A DNA stretch of 64,000 nt from Felis catus (taxonomy: Eukaryota): NCBI RefSeq assembly GCF_018350175.1, contig NC_058379.1, positions 81,096,001 through 81,160,000 on the forward strand. Reading direction: 5' to 3'. The notes under the pieces were generated by a model. That model was not told the DNA's origin, did not search any database, and saw only the letters and a program-made list of their open reading frames with translations. Position 1 is the first letter of the stretch; every line of letters begins with the position of its first letter. Shown in pieces: positions 46,472 through 58,219 of the stretch. The position numbers and the translations under genes were made by a program.

Positions 46472-47641
46472 CTTGTAAGAGGTTTTTAGTTTTAGCCCTT
46501 ACACTTATGTCTGATCAATTTTGAATTAATTTTTGTGTATGGTGTCAGGCAGGGTCCAACTTCATTCTTCTGTTTGTGGAATGCTCTGGATTTAGTTTTG
46601 ACTAACAAGAAAAGATCTCATCGGTATGATGGAAGCCCTGGGCAAGCCCTTTTGTGAGGGCAAAAGTCAGAGGTCAAAGGTAAGGAATGCAAGGACTCCG
46701 GGAGTATGGAGCCAGACTTTCTAAGTACATATTTAAAAACTCAACAAAATTATATCCTTTGCTCTGAGACATTAAAAGGGATTGTGGCTCCAGAGGACTA
46801 AAAATGAAATTCTGACTCCATGAGAATCAGGAAATCTGATGAAAGGAGAAAGAAGACAACATTTAAGGAAACATGCACAGCTACAAGTTTGGGTGATGAG
46901 CTCAGATTTTAACGCATCATGTGCAACAGAAAATAGGCAGCGCATATAATCCAAACTGAATGTTGTGTAAGCTAGTGAGAAAAATTCCAAGAAATCTAAT
47001 GCCAGAATGAAGTAAAGCTTGAAGAAATGAGGGAAGAGTGAGGCTGAGGTACATTCCCAGAAAAAGTGCAAAAGACTGTAGTTTGTTTGCCTTTAGGAAA
47101 GGAAGTGGTGGGTTGTTGGGTCACCCAAGAGTTTTCTAAGAACAAAATCTAGTAAACAAGGAGGGTGGGAAGAAACTTTTGGAGGTCGTGGAGATGTTTA
47201 TGGCATAGGTTACAGTGATAGGTTCCCAAGTGTGTACTTATCTTCAAGACCATCACGTTATATACATTAAATATGTACAGCCTTTTTTTTTTTTGTATGT
47301 CAATTATAGCCCAAAAAAAGTGATGTAAAAATAAATTAGTCAGTGTGAAATTAAAACATGAAAGAACAAGTCAGGTCAAAAAGAATTTGATTTCTTATTG
47401 TGATCAGATTTCTTGAATTATTGAGCAGGGGACAAATGTGTTTTGGCCTCGGCATACAGATGGCTCAAGGCTCTTGTCACATCACGGATGAAACAGAGAG
47501 ATCCGGTCTTCCCCGATCCCTCTGCCACCAACTGTGATTTGTGGCTCTCTTCTTTGCCACCTTAACTTTGACTATTGGTCTCTTTTCTTGTGGCACCAAA
47601 ATTTGGTGTTGACATATATTGTGTGGCTACTTGGACGTTAT

Positions 47642-47840
47642 TAATTTTTTTTTTAAATTTTAGAGAGAGAGAGAGTGAGCAGGGGAGAGGGGCAGAAGGA
47701 GAAAGAGAGAGACTCTCAAGAAGGCTCCACACTCAGCACAGAGCCCGATGTGTAACTCGATCCCACGACACCGGGGTCATGACCTGAGCCGAAATCAGGA
47801 GTCAGACACTCGATTGACTGAGCCACCCCTGGTCCCCTGG
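47642..47840 (-). mobile_element. CanSINE
   Basis: poly-T, (GA)n, CATGACCTGAGCCGAAATCAGGAG, head. Confidence 0.85.
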
Positions 47841-48212
47841 ACATTCCTTTTATCTTCTGGTGTTGAAGAAACCAGAAGGCTCAGTGAGTTTTGGTGAAGA
47901 AACTAAGCCTCAGTAAGTTTTGCTGACTAGGTCAATGTTACACAATGAGGAAGTCTGACAGAAGAATTTCTGCAAATATACTGATGCTTCCCTCAAGTTT
48001 AAGCATAATTATTAGACTGAACTGATAGATATATTTTCTGTTCTTGGGGTTTTATACATAGCCACATGCCCTTAGACTTACTGGTTGCTGCCTGTGGATC
48101 CCACACTGTCTGAAACGAGAAAGTTCACTTGAGACAGATACAATGAGGTAAATCCCCTGACTTGACCCATAGTTATTTATTTACTCTTTTCTCCGAAGTC
48201 CAAGGTAACTGA

Positions 48213-48394
48213 GAGGCACCTGGATGGCTCAGTTGGTTAAGCATCTGACTCTTGATTTTGGCTCAGGTCAGGATCTCATAGCTTTGGTGAGCTTGAGCCC
48301 TGCATTGGGCTCTGTGCTGAGTGTGGAGACTGCTTTGGATTCTTCTTCTTTCTCTGCCCCTCCTCAGCTCTTGCTCTCTCTGTCCCTCTCAAAA

Positions 48395-48437
<43 letters not shown>

Positions 48438-48455
48438 ACTTTAAATTTTTTTTTA
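48213..48455 (+). mobile_element. CanSINE with (AAAT)n tail
   Basis: Perfect 17-bp TSD AAGTCCAAGGTAACTGA (48196-48212, 48456-48472). Confidence 0.92.
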
Positions 48456-50527
48456 AAGTCCAAGGTAACTGAATTAAATTTTATAGGAATAAATTCTCCC
48501 TGAGAAATTTTCCTTCATTTCTGGCCAATATTTAAACTATGGAGACTCTTGGAAAGGCTGGGACTAACAGCTGTTCTCTCTGTGGAAAAAAAGAGACTCA
48601 AGGTTCCGCATTCACCAGTCACTTCTTCACCCCTTGCATTGTTTCCTTTTTGTGACCATGGCTCTTCTTAGGGGCTCCCATAATTGCCGATAGTAGCGAC
48701 AGCCAAGGCCATCCCAGAAGCTCAGTCAGAGCCAGTAAGAAGGTGCGAAACTAAAAATCATGCTTTCTTACTTCCTGTGCAATTTTTCAGCACACCTACA
48801 AATGCTCTAAAAAACCTATTAAGAAAAGGGAGGGAAAGAGGGTGCGCATTCACACTTCTTCGACAAAACTGAGTAAACGCCAGGAGGTGTTGCATGTTAC
48901 AGGGTTTTCACCAGCATCGTCTGTAGAAATAGGGAGAGGGTTCTAGGATGTGGGAGAACAGAGGGCATCAGGAAGGGATTGGGTGGGTGGGGGGGACACC
49001 AAATACTTTGCTTTCTCCTCTGGCTGTGTCAAGAACAAATGTTTGTCCTCTTCATCTTCTTCTCCTCATCCTGTCCCCCTCCCTCCACTTTCAAATTAAA
49101 TGCCAGGAAAATCCTGTCATTCACTTTGAGTATTCACACTGATGTCTACTGCACGGCTTTTCTAAGTGGGTTATATTCTCAAAGCACACTGGGAAACAGA
49201 TGGTGGTGGAGTGGTCGTTCTCTCAGAAACCCTCATGGGGGAGGGTAGAACCAGCTGGGTAACTTCATGGATAACCCCTGTGTACACCATTTCTTTTTAG
49301 TCCAATTCTGCGTGCTAATATAACTAGATGAATTGAGGCTTTTCTCCTAAGTTTTGCAATGGCATATCCTACGTACATCATGGCCGGCTGCCACTGGACA
49401 TGGAGAACTGCAACAGGGGGAGGAGCCACGAGGGAGAGTACTAGAAAGGTAGGCTCCAGCTTGTCTTTGGTGTTCTCTTAGGAATATTCTGAAATTAGTT
49501 GGTCACACCATGTCCCCACCTCCACATGAGAGACCATCTGAAAGACGCTTAAAACCTGACCTGAAAGAAACTTAGCCGGCCTAAAGAGTCATTTGTCTAA
49601 TTGTGCAGAGTAGTGATTGGTGTAGGAGGAGTGGTAAAGAATCCTGACCTTTTTCATGGTTCTCTCAGGGATTTTCTTAGGAGGGAAAAGGTTTGGTTAC
49701 CAGGTTTTAGGAGAAGAAAAACTGGTTAGGAAGCGACAGTATAATGGCACCTCCTTCTCTGGCGGAATTTCTGTGGAGTACATTTGACATGGTATAGTCA
49801 GGTATAAAAATGTTCGGAAATTTTATCCATTAATTCAGTCCTTAGATATTTATGCTAAGGAGACCATCTGAGATTCAGATAGGCAGACTAAAACCAAATA
49901 TTTTTAGTAGTACTATTTATGTCAGTTGGAAACCACCTAAATGTTGAATTAATAAAAGAATGGATGAGTAATTGATGGCACATTCACATAGTCATTAAAA
50001 GTAATTCTTATGAACAGAATTTCAAAATATGGAGACATAATTAGGGTGAAGTATTAAATGAAAAAAAAAGCAGGACATACAACTACAATGTAGTGAGAAC
50101 TCAACTATGTAAAAACAGAATGTATAGAAAAAAAGAAAATTGTGATTTGATGGGCTTATCACTATCTTTATTTTTTATTTACATTATTAAATATCCTCAA
50201 TTTTCTCAAATAACATGTATTATTTAAAATTCATTTGTAATCTCCTATCCCAAATTTCTGGCCATCTTTCTAATTCAAAGCTTTTATCGCTTTTACAGTT
50301 ATATTCCCAGTGACCGTATTATTCTGTGGGTTAAATATGACTTATGGGAACCCAATTTCATATTTGTAGCCAGTCAACTTCATAGATTGTCTGATTCTTG
50401 GTTTATAGGTTAGGAGTTCACAACTTTAACATTCCACAGGACTGCAGGGTTTTCTTTGGTAATGAGGTGAAATCTTCATTTTTGGTATAAATACAGATAG
50501 CAATTGCTCCACAAATTATGATTCTCA

Positions 50528-50550
50528 CTGAGTCATGACTCAGGGGTGGG
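50528..50550. promoter_or_regulatory. Palindromic tandem AP-1 sites plus adjacent KLF/SP CACCC box (candidate enhancer)
   Basis: CTGAGTCATGACTCAG is a perfect 16-bp palindrome (TGAGTCA+TGACTCA), followed by GGGGTGGG. Confidence 0.45.
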
Positions 50551-52204
50551 TTTTCATGGAACATCGAGTATACTGTCCTCAAATTACATAGAGAGGAAGG
50601 GTCTTTCTAAGGAAATTCAATGCTAGAGCTTTGCTGTAAACTGCAAAATGAATTGAACAGCCTCTAAATAGCTCAAAATTCCTCCAAGGATGTGTTATTT
50701 TCCTTAACAAAATATGAACCATATTTTGAAAAAGACCCAATGTTTTTTGATGATGAAAGGTACTATCTGGTAAGTTTTGCAGGTGAAATAATTCCTTGGA
50801 ATAGCCTTACTCAGAGACAAAGAGAAGAACCAATGGGGAAATAGGTCGGGTGAGCCTAGGGGAGAAGGAATGAGGAGCTAAGGAAGACAGAGATACAGAC
50901 AGGCAACAGGGGAAATTTGTTCATTTAAGTTTTGTCTGAGGTGTGAGAAGAAAAAGTAGTAGTTGGTAAGGATGCTCGGTGAGTCGTCCTAGATAGCTCT
51001 GGATTGTAACGTGACAGGGTAGGTAACAGACACACAGAGAACGTAGCTTTCAATACCCGATTCTCCTCTGTCAGCGACACATTACTTCTCTTCATACTTA
51101 GCTCAGACAGTAGAGCTCTGTCGCCCTCAATCCATTTGCTGGGAGTGGGTTGGGACACACTGTGAAAAGCATTCCCTTTGGGTTTTGTGTGTTCCATTTA
51201 CAAACTATGAACTCATGGAGTTTCAGAGTGCTGAAAGGTATCTAAGTTGTTTGGGGAGAATAAGGAACGGAGAGAGAAATCCAAGCCTTTCTAGCAGCGC
51301 TTTCTAAAGGCTTCCTCTGTAACCTCTGGTTTCCTGAAAATAGCAGGCTGTGAGAGGACTTACAAAGAGAGGCTGTGCCAGTGGAATGTTCTATTCTAAA
51401 AGAGCGATAACAGACTTAGAGGTAATTACTTTAATTTAAAATTCATTGAGTTAATGACCATAAACGTGTGTCTTTCCCCCCACTCTGTCTTATAGGCTAA
51501 CCATTGTGATTCATGGTCATAATTAAAAAGCGCATAGAATTACTTGCTCAACACCTGTCCTTACCAGTTTTCATAGGCGGTAAGCCTCGGCTGCTCCCTC
51601 CTCTGTGTGATAACTGAATTGACTTCATCAGAGCACAAACCTTCGCTGGGGACAGTTCTCACCAGCTTCCAGGTATGTCCTGGGGAGGCGGGCAAGCAGT
51701 TGGTGGTGCAGGTGTCTCTGAGGCCAGTGCTCGCAGCGCTGAAGCTAGATGTTTGAAGATCTTTATTCCTGGCATTGGGGGGAAAGGGAGGTGTTACTTT
51801 ATCATCACATTCTCCTGCTACTTTCTACTTTCACGACTGCGAGCAACTTAATGTGTCTGAGTCCTAGCTTTCCTCATTTGTCTATTAGGAAAACAATGTC
51901 TTCCTCCTTGACTTATTGGAAGAACTGAGTGAGGTAATGGATGCGGAAGGGCCTGTGACATATTAGGTCCCCTGTAAATGTTTATGACATCTAGATGCAG
52001 GTAAGACAGTCCGGGATGTAAGTTCCTCCTGCACTAGCTGTCATGAGTGCAGGGGCAATCACGTTCTTGCTCACCGGACAGCGAGTGCCTGACACATAGT
52101 AGGTACTCAGAAATAGTTATTTACTGAATGGATGTCTGGGCTATTCTTTTACTGCAGTATTCAAGGGATCTAGAGTTTTGTCTGGGGTTGAGGTCAAATC
52201 CAAA

Positions 52205-52243
52205 TACATACTGAAAAAACATTGTAAATGCTTATTTATTTTT

Positions 52244-52275
<32 letters not shown>

Positions 52276-52450
52276 AAGAGAGAGAGAGAGAGAGGTTGGG
52301 GGAGGGGCAGAGAGAGGGGGAGATACAGAATCCAAAGCGGGCTCCAGGTCCTGAGCTGTCAGCACAGAGCCTGACACGGGGCTCGAACTCACGAATGTGA
52401 GTTCTGAGCCGAAGTCAGACATTTAACCAACTGAGCCAGCCAGGCACCAC
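52205..52450 (-). mobile_element. CanSINE
   Basis: Long (GA)n, full body. Confidence 0.9.
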
Positions 52451-52469
52451 CCCCCCCAAATGCATATAT

Positions 52470-52682
52470 TTTTTTTTTCAACGTTTATTTATTTTGGGGA
52501 CAGAGAGAGACAGAGCATGAACGGGGGAGGGGCAGAGAGAGAGGGAGACACAGAATCGGAAACAGGCTCCAGGCTCTGAGCCATCAGCCCAGAGCCCGAT
52601 GCGGGGCTCGAACTCACGGACCGCGAGATCGTGACCTGGCTGAAGTCGGACGCTTAACCGACTGCGCCACCCAGGCGCCCCC
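52470..52682 (-). mobile_element. Young CanSINE (Fc1-like)
   Basis: Diagnostic motifs; TSD CCAAATGCATAT. Confidence 0.95.
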
Positions 52683-52820
52683 AAATGCATATTTTTAATT
52701 TAAGAAACTGTATTTCTTATCAGTGTATTATAACGTTTGTTCTATGTAAAGAGAAGTTATATAGCTAAGGCTATAAAAATTTCATAGGTGTTAAAAATTA
52801 TGGTGCTTTATCATTTAAAG

Positions 52821-53040
52821 CAAGGACTGGCAAACTTCTTAGTAAAGACCAGATAATAAATATTTTTGATTTTGCAGGCCATATGGTCTCTTTACAAGTC
52901 TTCAGCTCTGCCATTAGAGCTGGAAAGCCGCCACAGACAGTAGTAAATGGACGGGCACGGCTGTGTGTTTCTAAAAATTTACTTATTAAAAAGAGACAGT
53001 GGGCTGGATTTAACCCAAAGCCTGTAGTCTGTGAACCTTG
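52821..53040 (+). mobile_element. MER58A-like hAT MITE
   Basis: CAAGGACTGGCAAACTT..GTAAAG.CCAGATAATAAATATTT...CAGCTCTGCCATT...GGGCTGGATTT...CCTTG. Confidence 0.7.
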
Positions 53041-53556
53041 ATCAGGATGTTGAAACGCTGGTTTACAATTACGGAAGAAATAGATAGATGTCATACGGAT
53101 TTTGTTAAGAAGTAAAAAAACATTTATGCAGTACTAATTCTATGTAATTATACTAGTAATACTAACATATTGTGTAACATATTAGGGCAAGGAAGGCCGC
53201 ATTGTTATTCCTATTTTTTGAATAGGTGAGAAAATTGAAGTTCAAGAGGTATTTGCTCCAGATGTCAGGCTAGTAAGATTCAGAGTGGGATCTGCACCCT
53301 CCGATCGCAAATGTGCTGCTGGTTCCGTGTTGTATTCTTCGCCATCTCGTAGCTTTGACCCTCTGCGGTCCCTGTGTCTCTGTCCCATTGGGGCAGGGAG
53401 TGGTACTGATGCCAAGCCTGGAGCCCTCGGCTTGGGATCTAGGAGAACTGAGGGCTTTTCTGGAAAGGGTGATTGATATCTTAAGAGTAACTGCAAGTGC
53501 TAAAACAAGCTTGGTGTGTTTTCATCTTTATTATTGTTGCTTTTTGTTGTTTTAGT

Positions 53557-53557
<1 letters not shown>

Positions 53558-53602
<45 letters not shown>
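53558..53602. repeat. (TG)~22 microsatellite
   Basis: Uninterrupted GT repeat. Confidence 0.97.
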
Positions 53603-53605
<3 letters not shown>

Positions 53606-55376
53606 TTGATTTTATATGCTGTTACCCAGGCTTTTAAGTTTGGAGGATAAAACGATGCATGTGAGGTCAGCAGTTTACTTTATGTAAAAGATCCATTTTT
53701 CATCAGATTCAAAGGCCTCTATGCTGATATTTTCCCCAGACACATTTTGTTTCCTCGGTGATGTGATGTAAAATTAGAAGAAAAAGAGACTCTTGACAAT
53801 CTTTCAAAAAGACTGCCTTTATGGCACCGGAGAATTTTAATCATATTGTGTTGCATCACCAGCTGGCAAAGACTTCGGTGAATCGTTCTGGCATTCCTGA
53901 ATTTTTAATCTGGGCAGAAAATGACTAGTTACTAACGAGTTAAAAGATTGGTTCATAACTCATGATGCGTTGTAACATACCTAGGAGGAGCCGTCCGACT
54001 CTGCCCTTGATGAAACTGTGTTCTCACAGCCTGTTGACACAGAAAGCCTTGCCAGCTTGCCTGGCAGTGTCGGGTTAGCGACCTCCAACATTCCTTCAAA
54101 CTCTAGTGTAATTTGCTGACACTTTAAGTCACTGACATTAGAGAGACTGACTTCTTTCACTCACATGAGATTATTACGTATGCAAAATCGCACACGATGC
54201 TTAGCACATTGTAGGTGCTCAACGGATTCTCACATGCTCCTGAGCAATTTATTACTGTACCTGAATATTTAGCTACATTTAGTGGCAGATTTCATCATTA
54301 CTGATTGAACCATCACACCACACCAAATTTTTAGGCTTGTAGGGTACAGTCATCTGTAGTCAGACCTTTGTTGCATTGTATCGGAAGATAAACAGGTGAT
54401 TATTTGAGAGGATAAACAGATGCCATCCTAGATGAAAGATATTCAAACAAGCTTTGAATCTGCTCAGGCACCCAGAAGCCCAAAGCGATGCGAATATCAG
54501 CGCCAACGACAACAAATGTGACAACCAGAAATCCACACCCTGGATTTAATGTAAATAGTATCTTTTTTGAAAGATGATGCTGACAGCAGCCGTGTGAAGT
54601 ACTGATCAGCTGGAATGGAGTATTAATTGATTACACGTTAAAATTTTCCAGCCTCTTGTAAGTCATAATCAATGACAAAATTCAACTGAAAAATGATGGT
54701 TTTTAGAATTTTGTGGAAAAGTTTAGAGAAAAAACCCACAAGCATTTTTTTTCAAATGAAAAAAGGAAGGGAAGAGAATTAACCACACATTTGCTTTCTA
54801 CATTCACTATTGATAATTGAGAGGCCCTCTCGATGATCAGTTACGGATTTCCATTGGTCAATATCTTGCCTTATAAAACTGGCTTGTACTTACTGCATTT
54901 ATACACTACCACTAGCTGCATAAGCAGCTTATATTCTCCATATAGATGTACGTACGTTATCTATAAGCAGCTTATGTTCTCCATAATGGTAATATCCCTA
55001 CTTTAAAAAAGTTTTCTTTTGAATTTCTCGGTCTCATATAATCATATTTGTGGGGCTGGAGCTCCGAAATATTATTGTCTGTCAAGATGTTAGGAAAGGA
55101 AGACGAAGCTGTCAAAAAGGGAACCAGGCCAGAGAGAAGTCCTCGTTCTGTCCCTAAATCTTGTCAGTTCCACAGTTTTCACTCTTCCTAACTCTTCCCT
55201 AGTTACAACCTTTGTTCCCGATTCACCGACCCCCATGTTTATAGCCACAAACAAATCAGGACTGCAGAATGTTAGAACTAAAAGCAACATCAGAAGCTAT
55301 CTGACTCAGTTTGAAACTTTGTTTTTTTTAGTGCTGGAATATATTCGCCCCATGAAAACTTTATTAGAAGGCTGAT

Positions 55377-55520
55377 AAGAAAAAAAGGGAAAAAGGAAAG
55401 AAGGGGGCAAAGGAAGGGAAGAGGGAAGGAAAAAAGAGGGAAGGAAGGATGGACAGAAAAGAGGGAAGAAGGAAGGAAGGGAGGAAGAAGAAAGGGAGGG
55501 AGGAAGGGAAAGGAAGAGAG
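55377..55520 (+). repeat. Polypurine (GGAA/AGG-rich) low-complexity tract
   Basis: ~145 bp almost entirely A/G on + strand. Confidence 0.9.
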
Positions 55521-56037
55521 TGAGTGTCTGGGGCTCTAAAATTCCTTGAGGAAATAAATAAGATAAAGAGATGAGCAGATCACAGGGTGTGGAGATGAAA
55601 TTGGACGGACTTTCTGGAGATACTGGCACACAGTTGATCAGTTCTTAGCTTCCTAGCAAAGTAGTTTTCTTCTGGAAAGCACCCCCACCTGGTCTATCAG
55701 TAGATCTTGATAATTTCCATCCTCTGATTGGTATTCAGCTATTCTAGTTGATAAATTAAATAGTAACCCCCATTTCCACCCCATGGCTGCTGCAGGGAAA
55801 AAAAAAAAAAAGAACATTGAGAATAGCTTAACATACATTTTGCAGTCAAAAAAAGGTTAGAAAAATATAGAAATGGGAGTATAAGAGAATGTCCAAGATA
55901 ATGGTTATATGAAGTATAATAGTTCTCTACTTCTCTCTCTAGTATAGGAATTTGGGTTGAAAGGTGTAGGTCAAATGAGGCATCTCAAAAGAGACCCAAC
56001 TGGAAAAAGCATAGAAAATACAAACACAGTAAGTTAA

Positions 56038-56273
56038 GGGGAGCCTGAATGGCTCAGTCAGTTAAATGTCTGACTCTTGGTTTCAGCTGGGGTCATGATC
56101 TCATGGTTCGTGGGTTCAAGCCCTGAGTCAAGCCCTGCGTCTCACGTCAGGCTCTGTGCTGACAGCGTGCAGCCCGCTTAGGATTCTGTCTCTCCCTCTC
56201 TCTTTGCCCCTTCCCTGCTCTCTCTCCCTCTCTCTCTCTTTCTCAATATAAATCAATACACATTAAAAAAATA
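56038..56273 (+). mobile_element. CanSINE
   Basis: Head GGGGAGCCTGAATGGCTCAG; TSD ...CA(C/T)AGTAAGTTAA. Confidence 0.88.
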
Positions 56274-57149
56274 AGCATAGTAAGTTAAATATTTTAGTGG
56301 AAAGCATAGAAGGTTTAAATTTGTTTGAAAATACATATACCACACACTTCTCTTTTTTGTTCTCTTTCATCAATCAATGACAATTTTACCCTGGATTCCC
56401 AAATGGCTCTTGGAAAAGTGCCCTTGTGGGAGGGGCAAAGTTCACATATTTCCATTCCTGACGGGGTGTGGATTGAAACTTACCCAGCCAGCTGTTAGCA
56501 GCAACTCTGAAGGCAAGAAGCTAACTGCGAGCATTGCCTAATATCGTTTTTAACAATGCATATTGCACTGGAAAATTATTTCAAATTACAGAAAGCCAAA
56601 AGAGATTTGGCTGAAGCCAAAGGATGTGCCATTTTTATTATTAAGCCAATGTCTTTTAAAAAAAGAGCAGTTGGTTTTATCATGTGTTGAATTTCTTGTA
56701 AATGTGGCAATACTTGCTAGGAGGTATTAGCAACTATCTGTTCTTCCGTTCATCTTCTTCGGTCCCCCTGCACCCGGTCAGCTGTCTGATGTACCTGCTT
56801 GATTTTCTTAAAATGTGGATGTTTGGATAGTTTTAAAATCTTTACATACTTGGCAGATTGTATTTTATCTTTTTGTTATTTCTGTAATAGAAAATGATGC
56901 AATATTTAGAATATCTATTTTTAAACATCACAAGTAGGATTTTTTTATTTGTCACCATTAAATATCTGAATTTTAAGCAGATTTTTGGATTGGCGGCTCA
57001 TATCTATTAGCCCATTCAACTTTAGCACTGGTCTCATCCTCAGTAGCTTTTCTAAAACTACTACCTTCACCAGGAATAGATTGTCAGATTGTCTATGTTT
57101 TAAATAATATGAGCTTGCATTTCTCTTTTGCACCATAAATTGGAAATGC

Positions 57150-57397
57150 TTTTTTTAAAAAAATGTTTATTTTTGAGAGAGAGAGAGAGACAGAGCGTGA
57201 GCAGGGGAGGGGCAGAGAGAGAGGGAGACACAGAATCTGAAGCAGGCTCCAGGCTCTGAACTGTCAGCATAGAGCCCGATGTGGAGCTTGAACCCACGGA
57301 CGGTGAGAATGTGGAGCTCGAACCCACGGACCGTGAGATCATGACCTGAGCCGAAGTCAGATGCTTAACTGACTGAGCCACCATTTCCAGACGCCCC
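57150..57397 (-). mobile_element. CanSINE with internal 30-bp tandem duplication
   Basis: 13-bp TSD TGGAAATGCTTTT; unit ATGTGGAGCT(T/C)GAACCCACGGAC(G/C)GTGAGA x2 at 57279-57338. Confidence 0.92.
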
Positions 57398-57978
57398 TGG
57401 AAATGCTTTTGATTGCATCTTTCACAACTATTTCTTTGTTTTTCCATATTGTTTGTCATTTAGTTAGCTGTAACCAGATCTGAGTATTTATTCTAGCAGT
57501 AGACCATCTACCTGTGTAAAGTTGGAATTTCATTCTTGGGTTATTAATAGTTTTGTGGACATTATGAATATCTCAAGACATGAAATATTCTGGGGATATA
57601 ATTTTTTCTCCCTACTATATAGTAAAGAACAATTTCCCCCAAGATTTTTTTGGGGGTGTTGGAAAACCTATCTTGTCTAAACTTTTATATTTTCACTGTA
57701 AAGGAAACCAATTTTCACAAGTGAACTATTCCTAAAACAGTAGAAAGTTAATGAAAAGTTGATTCTGCTATGTAACATCTGTATTGATTACCGGTGCCTG
57801 CAGAATGTATGCAGAGTGAATATGAAATACAGAATTATCATCTAATATTTCAAACATTCGAATTATTTGCAATGAAAAAGGGGCAGATGTTAGCAAATAA
57901 ATCCATTAAAGCTTATTAAGTGCTCTTATTGTGCCACGATTTATATTCTTTACTGATGGGGTACAAAGATGAATATAA

Positions 57979-58219
57979 GGGGCGCCTGGGTGGCGCAGTC
58001 GGTTAAGCGTCCGACTTCAGCCAGGTCACGATCCCGCGTTCGGTGGGTTCGAGCCCCGCGTCGGGCTCTGGGCTGATGGCTCAGAGCCTGGAGCCTGTTT
58101 CCGATTCTGTGTCTCCCTCTCTCTCTGCCCCTCCCCCGTTCATGCTCTGTCTCTCTCTGTCCCAAAAATAAATAAAACAAAAACAAAAACAAAAACAAAA
58201 AACGTTGAAAAAAAACCCC
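57979..58219 (+). mobile_element. Young CanSINE (Fc1-like) with (CAAAAA)n tail
   Basis: Perfect 16-bp TSD ACAAAGATGAATATAA (57963-57978, 58220-58235). Confidence 0.95.

Larger units (their letters stand above)
45520..46570 (-). mobile_element. Old L1 fragment interrupted by two SINEs and the gap
   Basis: TTTGCATTTGCCC..CTAATGACTAGTGATGTTG...TTTGCCCATTT; GCAGACATATTCTCCCATTTTGTGGCTTG; TTTTGAATTAATTTTTGTGTATGGTGT. Confidence 0.7.

Noticed and set aside
54920-54985. Repeat-spacer-repeat resembling a mini CRISPR array
   Set aside because: Mammalian DNA, only two repeats, no cas genes.
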